Origin: Candidatus Kaiserbacteria bacterium
Lineage (GTDB): Bacteria; Patescibacteriota; Minisyncoccia; Phycocordibacterales; UBA2100
Assembly (NCBI GenBank): GCA_963767115.1
Contig: CAVYCR010000005.1
Coordinates: 25,582-89,581 of the forward strand
Length of the DNA stretch: 64,000 bases
Reading direction: 5' to 3'
The notes below the pieces were generated by a model. It ran no database searches and had not been told where the DNA came from. It saw only the letters and a program-made list of their open reading frames with translations. Below, one piece after another: positions 1 to 9,808 of the stretch (positions within the stretch are counted from its first letter, which is position 1; each line of letters starts with the position of its first letter). A program made the translations under genes and the position numbers.

Positions 1-15
1 ATATTTCAACAGTAT

Positions 16-45
16 ACAAAAAAGAAACGGCCCGAGGTGGGCCGT
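16..45 (-). terminator. Rho-independent terminator downstream of the 63..497 gene
   Basis: Stem ACGGCCC (27-33) / GGGCCGT (39-45). On the minus strand it is followed by TTCTTTTTTGT. Confidence 0.6.
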
Positions 46-62
46 CAAAATAGTTTGGCATA

Positions 63-497
63 CTAACCGGTCACACAATTTAGACCAGGTATACAACTTG
101 CCCGTACAGGTTCCCAATTAAGAGACAGTACGCCGAACTCCTTCTTTGCGAGCGCGACGGTCAAACGAACGGATTCCAGACTCCCTAGAGAAATTCCTCC
201 CAAAATGGGGCAATGATGAATATAACACCCGAAATGAGTCTCGCAGAAGGATATATACTCGGGAGTATAAAGAATGAATAAGTGCCATCCCTCATCGATC
301 CTCCATGGAGGAGCGATCGGGCCTTCCGCTGTCGCAGCAAGATACAAGAATCTCTTCACGTCAGAAAAAAGTCTCACGGCATCACGTGAGGATATATCCA
401 AATATTCCCCAATATGGAGAATCACTTTGGGTCGTACATCGTCCATAAGACGACTCATATTCACTTCCACGCGGGAAGCGTCTGGTGAATCAGTCAT
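63..497 (-). CDS. hypothetical protein with a WH...Y..C...HH motif (glycine-rich-domain/DUF1399-like?)
   Basis: 144-aa ORF. The motif IDEGWHLFILYTPEYISFCETHFGCYIHHCP resembles the WHxHxL..Y..C core of GRDP-like proteins. The family assignment is from memory only. Confidence 0.5.
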   Translation of the reverse strand: MTDSPDASRVEVNMSRLMDDVRPKVILHIGEYLDISSRDAVRLFSDVKRFLYLAATAEGPIAPPWRIDEGWHLFILYTPEYISFCETHFGCYIHHCPILGGISLGSLESVRLTVALAKKEFGVLSLNWEPVRASCIPGLNCVTG

Positions 498-553
498 GAT
501 TACCTCCGATAAGGAATTTCCTTAATGACTATAGGACACTCAAGAAAGATTGT

Positions 554-931
554 CTATATCCCTTCCTGATCATTCATATATTGCTGCATCTGCGCGCTGT
601 CGGGCATCATGCGGCTGTTGAGCGTGAACATGATCCAGATCGAGCCGGAGACGAGAATAAGGACGACGAGGCATGCACCGGCGAGAATGAAGAGCCGTTC
701 GCCTGAGGAATCTTTGCCGCCGAGATGCAGGAAGCACGCTACCTGCACCGCGAATTGTATGAGCGCGAGAATAATGAGTACGACGAGCGCAGTGTTGTGC
801 GAGAGCTGTCCAGTAACAGTGAGCCAGTATGCAAGCAGCGTGATCGCAAGCGAGAACACGAAGCCGATCACATACGACGCGATCACTTTTCCACCGTGCC
901 ACAAACCGATTTGTTCGAAGTAATTGTTCAT
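554..931 (-). CDS. cyoD: cytochrome o/aa3-type quinol oxidase subunit IV
   Basis: 125 aa with 3 TM helices. Typical CyoD/QoxD sequence (GFVFSLAITLLAYWL..., QFAVQVACFLHL). It is the last gene of the cyo cluster. Confidence 0.85.
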   Translation of the reverse strand: MNNYFEQIGLWHGGKVIASYVIGFVFSLAITLLAYWLTVTGQLSHNTALVVLIILALIQFAVQVACFLHLGGKDSSGERLFILAGACLVVLILVSGSIWIMFTLNSRMMPDSAQMQQYMNDQEGI

Positions 932-935
932 ATCG

Positions 936-1540
936 TTATACGGAGCCCATCAGGTACACGATGGTGAAGATGAAAATCCAGACGATGTCGAGGAAGTGCC
1001 AGAAGAGCGACCAGAGCGCGAGCTTGCGCATGTTGGAGCGCGTAAGACCTTTCATCGAGATTGAGATGATGAGTGCTATGACCCAGAGCAGACCGACGGT
1101 GATATGCAGTCCGTGCGTAGCGACGAGAGTGAAAAACGATGAGAGAAAGCCGTCAGTCTGCGGACCGTTGCCTGCAGCGATGAGGCGCGAGAATTCTGAG
1201 ATTTCCATAGTGAGAAATGCAAAACCCAGAAGCGCCGTCGCGACAAGTGACGCCACGACCATCTTGATGTTGCCAGCGCGCGCAGCGATGAGTGAAAGCC
1301 CTGCGCAAAACTACTAGTGAGCAAGATGATCGTCTCGGTAAGTACAGATGACAAGTCGGACAGACCGGCAGGATTCGATGAGGCTGCCCGCAGCACAAGA
1401 AAGACCGAGAAAAGTCCGGCAAAGAGCACGAAGTCGGTCATCAGATAAATCCAAAATCCAAGGATGATCTTTGAATCCGCCTCGCGGCTTTCGCTTGAGA
1501 GATTCATATCGTAAATTGTGGATTCTGTTGTCATATTCAA
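936..1540 (-). pseudogene. cyoC: quinol oxidase subunit III, split by one frameshift near 1300
   Basis: The N-terminal part (1076..1540 frame: ...ILGFWIYLMTDFVLFAGLF...LLTSSFA) continues in another frame (936..1262: MVVASLVATALLGFAFLTMEISEF...WHFLDIVWIFIF). The junction reads SSFAQG / GLSLIAARAGNIK. Confidence 0.8.
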
Positions 1541-2376
1541 TAAGAGACTGATGTCGTTGCGACTTGAATAGAACTGATCAGTGCATCCAACTCTCCCTGT
1601 GTAAGACCTTTAGAGGTGATCTCGAAAATGTCATTGCCGTTCTTGTCGAAGATATTGACACTACCTATAGCACTACCGCTTCCAAGTTGCGAAATCGAGT
1701 CGATATATTGCGTGTGCGAAACAAGAAGCGGGATGGGACTTACGATGTATGCCTTTGTCTGAAGCAAACCTATGTTCTTAAAGGTTTGAGTTGGCGAACT
1801 AAAAACGGTTCCAGGCGTAATAGAACTGACTGCCAACCAGAGTTGGTATTCACTTTCCGGATTACCTTCGGAATCCATAATGGTACTCGTGCCGTCGTCT
1901 GAGAGCATTATTATCGTAGAAGCAACATCGGTGTTGGGAGGATTATTATAAAATATTCCGAAATCTTTATTTCCGGCGACAAATTTGGTTCCTTCATCCG
2001 AGGGGAGCACCTCACTAATGCTCGTACTTGCAAGCGGAGAATTAAATGTAAGAGTACCAACAGTAAAAATCTCCCCGCTTCCCAGGTCAGGCGTTGGGGC
2101 TAGTGTGTGATCTTGCGGAAGGTTCCAAAGCTCATTCCAAAAATCATCTTGCCAAAGATGATCTTGGTTTGAATCTTTCAAGGAGATTAGCAAGCCAAAA
2201 GCAAAGAGATACGGAGATGCTGCAACCACGATGAGGACAAGAGCAATAATTAAAAACAAGCGTTTTAGCCACTTTCTGGGTCGACTATGATTCTGTGGCG
2301 CTTGATTCATATGATCCATCCCCTCAGGTGTAGATACCGAGGAGACGGGTGTGGTCTGTGTATCTTTTAGTGGCAT
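1537..2376 (-). CDS. hypothetical membrane-anchored protein inserted between cyoB and cyoC
   Basis: The ORF 1537..2508 is trimmed to Met45 (MPLKDTQ...) to avoid overlap with cyoB. It has one TM (LFLIIALVLIVVAASPYLFAFGLLI) followed by about 240 aa of extracytoplasmic domain. There is a 4-nt overlap with the cyoC start. Confidence 0.55.
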   Translation of the reverse strand: MPLKDTQTTPVSSVSTPEGMDHMNQAPQNHSRPRKWLKRLFLIIALVLIVVAASPYLFAFGLLISLKDSNQDHLWQDDFWNELWNLPQDHTLAPTPDLGSGEIFTVGTLTFNSPLASTSISEVLPSDEGTKFVAGNKDFGIFYNNPPNTDVASTIIMLSDDGTSTIMDSEGNPESEYQLWLAVSSITPGTVFSSPTQTFKNIGLLQTKAYIVSPIPLLVSHTQYIDSISQLGSGSAIGSVNIFDKNGNDIFEITSKGLTQGELDALISSIQVATTSVSY

Positions 2377-2405
2377 AAAATGACTTTGATAATTGAGTTG
2401 TCGAA

Positions 2406-4383
2406 TTAGTGTATCTCCGATGTGGGAATTATATACTTGGTATCTTCTTGAAATGCACGCACGAAGATGCAAGTGATAGCACCGACGAGACCGAGAATCG
2501 CGAGCCACCAGATGTGCCAGACGATGCCAAAGCCGGCGGCAAACGCGCAGGCGCCGATCATGACACCGATGCCGGTGTTGCGCGGCATGCGGATTTTGAG
2601 CAAGGTTTCGCCTTGCTCAGGCGCATACTGCCACTGTATTTTCGTCGTGCCATGCTTTTCTTCCCACCACGCATCGCGGTCGCTCACCACGGGCAGCGCG
2701 GCGTAATTGTACTCTGGTGGCGGCGAAGATGTGGACCATTCGAGCGAACGAGCGTCCCACGGATCTCCGCCCACCCTGTTCGTATCGCGGCGCCTGATAC
2801 TACGAACTATTTGTGCGATTTGGAGAATGAATCCGAGTGTAATGATCGCGGCGCCGATGCCCGCAATGATGAAAAAAGGCTGCCAGCCGAGACTTGCACT
2901 GTAGTGATCGATGCGTCGTGTCGCACCCATCATGCCGAGGATGTAGAGCGGGCCGAATGCGAGGATGAAACCAATGAGCCAGCACCAGAAGGCCTTGCGC
3001 CCGAGATACTCATCGAGCTTGAAGCCGAAAAACTTCGGGAACCAAAACGTGATGCCCGCGAAGAATCCGAACAGTACGCCCGAGACGATCATCGTGTGGA
3101 AATGCGCGACCAAGAAGAGGCTGTTGTGCAGCTGATAATCGGCGGCCGGCTCGCGCCATGACCACGCCTGCCACACCGCCGAGCGTGAAGAGCACGACAA
3201 ACCCCATGAACCACAGCATCGGAGACTCGAAGCGGATGCGGCCGCGATACATCGTGAAAAGCCAGTTGAAAATCTTGACGCCGGTGGGCACCGCGATCAC
3301 TGCGGTCATGATGCCGAAAAAGGTGTTCACATCCGCACCCGCTCCCATCGTGAAAAAGTGATGCAGCCAGACGATAAACGATAGGATGACGATCGCCCAC
3401 ACCGATACCACCATCGAGGTGTAGCCCGCGAGCTTCTTGCCGGAGAAGACCGGCACGACTTCCGAGAAAATGCCGAAGGCCGGCAGGATCAGATATGTAG
3501 ACTTCCGGGTGCCCCCACGCCCAGATGAGATTGACGTACATCATCATGTTGCCGCCGGCGCCTGCCGTGAAGAAGTGCGTCATGAGCGTGCGGTCGAGTG
3601 CGAGCAAGTGCGAGTGTGACAGTGAGAATCGGAAAGGCGAAGACTACAAGCGACATCGAGCCCAAAACCGTCCAAGTAAACATCGGAAGCCGCATCCATG
3701 TCCATGCCCTTCGCGCGCATGCTGCACGATCGTCGTGATGAAATTCACTCCAGAGAGCAAGCTGCCCAAGCCCGCGATCTGCAAGCTCCAGATCCAATAA
3801 TCGACACCGGCGGTCGGACTGTACGCGATCTCGGAAAGCGGCGGATACGCAGAGCCAGCCGGCCATCGAGAAATCGCCGATGAGAAGCGAGAGATTGACC
3901 AGAGCTGCACCTGCGGCAAAGAGCCAGAAGCTGACGCGAATTGAGAAACGGAAACGCGACGTCGCGGCTGCCGATCTGCAAGGGCACGACGAGGTTCACG
4001 AGGCCGAAAAGGATTCCCATCGCGACGAAGAAGATCATGATCGTGCCGTGCGCGGAGAAGATCTCTTGGAAATGGCTCGCGCTCACGATGCCGATACGAA
4101 TCACCGACCGAGAGTCGCCTGCTGCGTGCGCATGAGAAGCGCGTCGACGCCGCCGCGCACGAGCATGATGAACGCCACGGCGATGATACATGATGCCGAT
4201 CTTCTTGGGGTCGAGCGAGGTGAGCCATTCATTCCAAAGGAAGTGCCAACGATGGTAGTACGTGATCAGGGCGACGATGATCACTCCGACGCACAGCATA
4301 AAAAGTGCGCCGCCCCACGCGATAGGGTTGGGCGGGAAAACCGACCATGAGAGCGTGCCGAGGATGAGCGTCGTCCAGTCCAT
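2406..4383 (-). pseudogene. cyoB: quinol oxidase subunit I (heme-copper oxidase), at least 8 frameshifts
   Basis: CyoB-like sequence is recoverable only by hopping between six ORF fragments (3745..4383, 3644..4228, 3489..3866, 3089..3607, 3010..3456, 2406..3200) plus a short unlisted frame near 4105-4185. Motifs present: [58 protein letters not shown]. Confidence 0.9.
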
Positions 4384-4389
4384 ATGACA

Positions 4390-5355
4390 TTACATGTGTG
4401 CATTCATGTCCATTTGCATCGGCATATCGTGCATATTCATGGTAGTCGAAGACGACAGTGATGCGCTTTGCGGCGTGACATCGAGCGCCTGCGTACCGAG
4501 AGATGACATGTATTGCATGGTGATGCCGTCGAAGAGATCTCCGTCGACCGGATAATAATACACGACAGGGTTGTATGTGCTGGGAGCTGCAAGCGTACGG
4601 TACGAATCCGGAGAGAGCGGTATCGACGATGACTGAAGCGAGCGCACCCACATATTGAAGTCACCTTGAGAAACAGAATGCACAGTGAAGGCCATGCCGG
4701 CAAAACCTTGCCCACTGATGTTGCCCGAGAGTCCGTTGAAATCTCCCGCGCGCGACGCCTCGAGGCTGAGCTGTGTCGTCATGCCGGGCATCACCATGAT
4801 CTGGCCACCTAAGCTAGGTATCCAAAAAGAATTCATCGGCGCATCGGCAGTCAGCTCGAAGTGCACGGGGACATTCTCAGGGATCTCAAGCATATTGACT
4901 GTCGCGATCCCCTCCTGTGGGTATATGAAAAGCCATTTCCAATCGAGCGCGACCACTTCTACTTGGAGTGCCTCGCCAGGGAGCGGAGCATACGGGTCGA
5001 GCGCGTGCGTCGAATGCCACATGATTACGCTCAAGAAAAAGACGATTACCAAAGGCGGCAGCCACCAGAGGATCTCGGAGAAAGCGCTGTAATGGTCCCA
5101 GCGCGGATGATGCGACTGCCGCGAGGTCTCGCTCCCGGCGCGATACTTCCAGGCAAAAAGAAAAAGCAGGAAAAATACTGGCACTACGATGACAGCACAG
5201 AGCGCGAGCGTCGCAAGAATCACCGAGCGCTCGCCGAGCGCTATGGGACCGGCGGGGTTGAGGACTGCCATTCGCGCGCGATCTGTGTATGCAATTGTGG
5301 CAAGCCCGAGGATCGCGAGGAGGGCGATGCTCGCGGGCGCTATGCTACGTTTCAT
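4390..5355 (-). CDS. cyoA: quinol oxidase subunit II
   Basis: Intact 321-aa ORF with a lipoprotein-like N-terminus and 2 TM. It has a CyoA-type cupredoxin fold sequence (VVALDWKWLFIYPQ, NSFWIPSLGGQI) and a Met/His-rich C-terminal tail MNMHDMPMQMDMNAHM. Confidence 0.9.
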   Translation of the reverse strand: MKRSIAPASIALLAILGLATIAYTDRARMAVLNPAGPIALGERSVILATLALCAVIVVPVFFLLFLFAWKYRAGSETSRQSHHPRWDHYSAFSEILWWLPPLVIVFFLSVIMWHSTHALDPYAPLPGEALQVEVVALDWKWLFIYPQEGIATVNMLEIPENVPVHFELTADAPMNSFWIPSLGGQIMVMPGMTTQLSLEASRAGDFNGLSGNISGQGFAGMAFTVHSVSQGDFNMWVRSLQSSSIPLSPDSYRTLAAPSTYNPVVYYYPVDGDLFDGITMQYMSSLGTQALDVTPQSASLSSSTTMNMHDMPMQMDMNAHM

Positions 5356-5359
5356 CCCG

Positions 5360-6840
5360 TTAGTGTATCACCTGTGTCTGGCCATTCCCCGACAACCGTA
5401 GGCCAAATACTGCAAGCGCCGCTGCACACACGGAGAAGAGTGCGCCTACGAGAAATGCTGCGTCATAGCCGCCCGCAAGCGACTGCGCGAGAGCCATACC
5501 ACCCGAAGAGAGGTGCTGCGTGAAGCCTCCTGCGATACTCGCAAGGATCGCGAGACCGAGCGCTCCGCCCATCATAAACGCGGTGTTGACGATGCCGGAA
5601 GCAAGGCCCGACTCGTCCTGCGGCACGCCGTCGAGCGCCGCGAGAAGCATCGGGTTGAGCGCGATGCCCGAGCCTAAGCCGAGCGCGATCATGCCGGGGA
5701 GCACGTTCCAAAGAAACGTCCCGCCGACGGATGCAAAGGAAAAGAGCGCGAGACTGCATGCTACGAGCCCGAGACCAAACATAAGCGAATACTTGATGCC
5801 GTAGCGTATGACGATGCGCGCCGAGAGACCGAGGGAGAGTATCGCCATGATGATGTTGCCCGGTAGAAACGCGAGACCCACTTGCAGTGGCGAATAATGC
5901 AGGACCTGCTGCAGATAGAGCGCCGAAAGGAAAAACCACGCGAACATCGATGCGGACCAGAGTATGGCGATTCCGTTGGCGATCACGACGTTGGGGATAC
6001 GGAAAAGCGAAAGCGGCATCAAGGGAGAGCTCACGCGCGATTCGATCCAGACGAAAAGGCCGATGCCTGCAAGCGAGACGAGTAGTAGGCCGATCGTTTG
6101 CAGCGAGAGCCATCCCGCATAGGATCCGTTGACGATCGCATAGGTGGCGACGATGAGCGAGACGTGATGACGACCGCGCCCCACACATCGAGATGCATGT
6201 GCTTTGTCTCCCCTTTGCCGCCGTCAAGCAGGTAGAGCGACGCAATGGTGACCGCGATGCCGATCGGGATATTTACCAAGAAGATCCAGTGCCAGTCGAG
6301 CGCGGCGGTCAAGACGCCGCCGAGAAAGACGCCGAGCGATCCGCCGCCTGCGGCGACGAATCCGTACACGCCCATCGCTTTGGCCCGTTCCTCTTCCTCG
6401 CGTAAAGAGATTCATCATCAGTGAGAGCGCGACGGCCTATGCGATCGCGCCGCCCGATCCCTGCACGGCGCGCGCGACGATAAGCAATTCTTGCGATCGT
6501 CGAAATGCCGGAGAAAGCGAGCGAGCGTGAAGAGGCGCGATGCCGAAGAGAAAAAGTCGCGCGTTGTCCGTACAGATCGCCGAGCCTGCCGCCGAGCAAG
6601 CAGGAAGCCGCCGAAGGTCAGCGTGTAGGCGTTGATCACCCACGCGAGGTTGGATCATGAGAAACCGAGGCTATCGCGGATCGACGGCAGCGCGACATTG
6701 ACGATCGTCGTATCGAGCACGATCATCAGCGTTCCCATGCACAAGAGGACGAGCGACCACCACTTCCGGTTTGACGTGTGTATAGTTGTCATAATCGCAG
6801 ACAATACCGTACAAAAGCCGGAAAGAGAAACGCCCGCCAT
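5360..6840 (-). pseudogene. MFS transporter (EmrB/QacA-like), 2 in-frame stops plus about 7 frameshifts
   Basis: The N-terminus ...MIVLDTTIVNVALPSIRDSLGFS is followed by an in-frame TGA (6655-6657), then SNLAWVINAYTLTFGGFLL. There is a second in-frame TAG (6437-6439) inside GGAIA*AVALSLMMNLF. The sequence hops frames about 7 times between about 6190 and 6600. The C-terminal 274 aa (5360..6184) are intact. Confidence 0.85.
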
Positions 6841-6902
6841 ATGAGACGCGGCGGGCGCTTGCCCCCCTTCTTACTCAGTATTACTAAAACTATCAAACTA
6901 GA

Positions 6903-7052
6903 TTAGAGCGGATTACGGCCCTGTATGACGCGGATCAGGATGACGATGACCGCGAGCACGAGAAGCAGGTTGATAAATCCGCCGAGCGTAAACGACGTGA
7001 TGTAGCCGAGTGCCCACAAGATCACGAGAATCACCGCGATGGTCCACAACAT
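6903..7052 (-). CDS. small membrane protein (lmo0937-like family)
   Basis: Hand-translated 49-aa ORF below the ORF-track cutoff: MLWTIAVILVILWALGYITSFTLGGFINLLLVLAVIVILIRVIQGRNPL. It is a typical two-TM small protein of that family. Confidence 0.6.
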   Translation of the reverse strand: MLWTIAVILVILWALGYITSFTLGGFINLLLVLAVIVILIRVIQGRNPL

Positions 7053-7120
7053 ATTATTTTTTTCGATAGTGATAATGGGTAACTATAATTCGGCAAAGAT
7101 GAAGGGATCATTAAACATTA

Positions 7121-7540
7121 TTAAAAGAGAATGAGCGCTACGGCGATAGCGCCGAGCCACGAGCAGGTAGAGACCGCGCCACTTATCATGAGCGGCAGCC
7201 GTTCATTGCGCGTAAGTGTCGCAAATGGCTTCTCGACGGCCGACATGAAGCGTTCTATAAAGAACGAGTTGATGACGAGCGCGCAGACGAAGAGCATCTT
7301 GAGCCAGAAGAGCGGCTGCGACACCAAGTACTCGCGCATCGGCCAGAAGAGGCAGAGGCCGCTCAGGATCAGGCACGAGAGGCCGACGGTGACGATCCAG
7401 TGCGCGATATGGAGCGGGCGCGGATCGAGCGTGGCCTTTTTGCCGCGCACCCAATCGAAGGCGAGATGATCGGCAAACAATACGCCCAAGCCTGCAAAGC
7501 AGAGCGAGCCGATGTGGATGACGAAAAGGAGCTGCTGCAT
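7121..7540 (-). CDS. hypothetical integral membrane protein
   Basis: 139-aa ORF with four predicted hydrophobic helices. I recognise no family. Confidence 0.55.
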   Translation of the reverse strand: MQQLLFVIHIGSLCFAGLGVLFADHLAFDWVRGKKATLDPRPLHIAHWIVTVGLSCLILSGLCLFWPMREYLVSQPLFWLKMLFVCALVINSFFIERFMSAVEKPFATLTRNERLPLMISGAVSTCSWLGAIAVALILF

Positions 7541-7547
7541 GACAGGA

Positions 7548-7997
7548 TTAGGAAGCGAGTGTGCCTATATAGAACTGCTGCAAGATTTGCGCGGGCTGGG
7601 ATTGTCCGCCATGCTGGGCGTTGAATGCAGATGAGCCGTCGGAGCCGCAGATGGAGAGGATATGCTCGGGACCACCAGGGTGTTGGTTGATCCAGCTGGT
7701 AAGGTCGTAGACTTTGCCGTTGATCGCGCTCCAGCAGCTTGTCGCATCCTTATGCTGCGCTACCTGCGCCATCGTGTATGACTGCGCGGCAGTGCTCGTG
7801 CTCGTCGTGGAGGTCGTACTTGTGCCTGTGGTAGTGGTGCCTGTCGAGCTTGCAGTGATCGTGTATTGGCCGCTGGAAGATGGCGATGCCGATTGCGACG
7901 ACTGCGTACCCAAGACCGCAAAGCCGATAACGACGACCGCAATGATAAAGACTGCGCCTAAGATATATCGTGATTTCATATAATGCCGATAATACAC
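7548..7997 (-). CDS. membrane-anchored cytochrome b5-like heme-binding domain protein
   Basis: N-terminal TM, a T/S-rich linker, and a C-terminal b5-type core (HKDATSCWSAINGKVYDLTSWINQHPGGPEHI). Confidence 0.75.
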   Translation of the reverse strand: MYYRHYMKSRYILGAVFIIAVVVIGFAVLGTQSSQSASPSSSGQYTITASSTGTTTTGTSTTSTTSTSTAAQSYTMAQVAQHKDATSCWSAINGKVYDLTSWINQHPGGPEHILSICGSDGSSAFNAQHGGQSQPAQILQQFYIGTLAS

Positions 7998-8027
7998 TAT
8001 TGTGATGAATTTATTTCATGGCAGTTG

Positions 8028-8397
8028 TTAGTCCCCTTTTACAGGATCAAACCACACCGCCTCGATATTATTGCCATCTGCAATCGTGCACGAACGCCGC
8101 ATAATACCCCGGAGAATAATCGCGATACCCGGGCTTGCCGTTATCCTTCCCGCCGGATGCGATCGCCGCCTCGTAAAAGGCATCAACCGCATCCTTGTCC
8201 TTCGCGGCAAAAGCGATGTGCATCCCCTGCGGATTGCTGTCCTCGCCGATCCAGAAGCTCGTGTGCCCGCCTTCCATGTACCCGGCAGCGCCGTCGAACT
8301 GCATGCTCAGCGTGTACCCGAGCGGCGCGAGCGCCTTCGTATAAAATTCCTTTGCAGCCTCAAAATTCTTAACCTTCACGCCTGTGTGTTCGATCAT
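8028..8397 (-). pseudogene. VOC/glyoxalase-family protein with one frameshift near 8080-8086
   Basis: The 8068..8397 ORF ends ...YYAAFVHDCRWQ*. The conserved C-terminus ADGNNIEAVWFDPVKGD continues in the 8028..8210 frame. One extra base in GATTGC accounts for the shift. It could be a sequencing error. Confidence 0.7.
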
Positions 8398-8524
8398 ATA
8401 TAAAATATAAATATACCTATGCTAATACCTTGATACTATCATTGCGATATGAAGAATGCAGCAAGTTTTTCCAAATCGATCTAAAAGCAAATAGGTGAGC
8501 TACTACAATATTCTGTGGAATGAT

Positions 8525-9016
8525 CTATTGGCAAATATCGCTTACATTCGGATGGAAGACTCTCATATAGTCTGCTGACTTCATGCCGATCGAATAACTC
8601 CTATCGCCCGCATTGAAGATTATTCGCTCATTGTCGAAAAGGCCTTTGTCGGCAAAAACATCGATGCCGAAGATGTTGCCAAAGGGCGGCACGCCGCCGG
8701 GCAAGACGCCGCTCGTGATCTCGGAGACTTCTTGCTCGGTCGCAAATCTGATATCACCAAGACCAAGATTGACCTTGATCTTCACCGCATCAAATTTCTT
8801 GTTGCCTGGCATAACAAACATCACGAATCGCTTGCCTTTTCCCGCTTCTTTTACTCTCGCGATGATCGCCTTCGCGCCTTGCTCTAAACGATAGCCGGTT
8901 CTTACCTTTGCAGCTTCTTCGCTGGTGCGCACCGGCTCGTGCTCAAAGGATTCAAACTCGACTGAATTGTCGCGAAGAAGATTCCCTATCTTTTCTACCA
9001 CTGGATGATATTCCAT
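8525..9016 (-). CDS. YbaK/EbsC-type aminoacyl-tRNA editing (deacylase) domain protein
   Basis: 163 aa with a YbaK/ProRS-associated domain pattern (AKAIIARV..., VMPGNKKFD..K...LG, GGVPPFG). Confidence 0.8.
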   Translation of the reverse strand: MEYHPVVEKIGNLLRDNSVEFESFEHEPVRTSEEAAKVRTGYRLEQGAKAIIARVKEAGKGKRFVMFVMPGNKKFDAVKIKVNLGLGDIRFATEQEVSEITSGVLPGGVPPFGNIFGIDVFADKGLFDNERIIFNAGDRSYSIGMKSADYMRVFHPNVSDICQ

Positions 9017-9113
9017 GTTTTGTTATGAGATTGCGTATTTCCAAGGCTTTTCCATGGCGAAACTATATCACCAAACGTTCCTATGCTGACAACTTTTGTG
9101 CTACGATTCGCTC

Positions 9114-9323
9114 ATGACAAAGGTTTCTAATAAACTGCAGCGCACCAATCTCCTCCCCCTCACTACGATGGAGGAAATTCCAGTGCTCACTGCTGACGAG
9201 CGCGCAGAACTCATCGCCTCGCTTGTCGAAGCTGAAAGAGAGATCGCCGAAGGCCGCGGCGCTCCCTATGATACGGAGGAGATGCGGCGGCATTTTCAGC
9301 GCGGTTTAAGCAAGCTTGTATAA
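9114..9323 (+). CDS. small hypothetical protein (antitoxin-like helical protein?)
   Basis: 69 aa counted from MTKVSNKL. The segment ADERAELIASLVEAEREIAEGRG resembles small addiction-module or ribbon-helix components. There is no partner gene adjacent. Confidence 0.35.
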   Translation: MTKVSNKLQRTNLLPLTTMEEIPVLTADERAELIASLVEAEREIAEGRGAPYDTEEMRRHFQRGLSKLV

Positions 9324-9329
9324 CAAATA

Positions 9330-9791
9330 TCATTTCAAAAGCGCGAGAAAGAGCCTCGGTTGACCGTCGCCGTAATAATCTTCGACGCGGGATTCAACCT
9401 TGAAGCCGAGTGATTCGTAGAGGCCAAGTGCAGGATTGTGGGGGTGCGTGACGAGATCAATGCGTTTTGCGCTTGCACTCATAGAGAGTACCTGTGTGAG
9501 CGCTTGCCGTGCGAATCCCCTGCCCTGGAAACCTGGGGCTATCACCAATCCGCTCAAGTAGACGTGACCGTCACCTTTGTGCCCGAAAGACGTATTCCCA
9601 ATAATTTCCTCGCCAACCTTGATCAGATACACCTCGTTATTTTCAAATTCTTCAATCCAATCTTCCACATCAAGCGCTGCCGAATAAGTATGTAAATCCG
9701 CGACACTTTCTTCCAATTTCAAGAGCGTCGGAATATCGGCAATAGATGCTTTTCCAAGACTAACTATTTGTGCATCGTCGATCTGAGTCAT
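9330..9791 (-). CDS. GNAT family N-acetyltransferase
   Basis: 153 aa with the acetyl-CoA binding motif VAPGFQGRGFARQALTQVL. Confidence 0.85.
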   Translation of the reverse strand: MTQIDDAQIVSLGKASIADIPTLLKLEESVADLHTYSAALDVEDWIEEFENNEVYLIKVGEEIIGNTSFGHKGDGHVYLSGLVIAPGFQGRGFARQALTQVLSMSASAKRIDLVTHPHNPALGLYESLGFKVESRVEDYYGDGQPRLFLALLK

Positions 9792-9808
9792 GGGATATTT
9801 TGAAAAGA

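Noticed and set aside
6437-6657. Alternative genetic code (UGA or UAG reassignment) as an explanation for the in-frame stops in the MFS gene
   Set aside because: All other long genes in the window, including ORFs of 5.3 kb and 2.9 kb, are open under the standard code. The same gene also has multiple frameshifts, so a pseudogene is the simpler reading.
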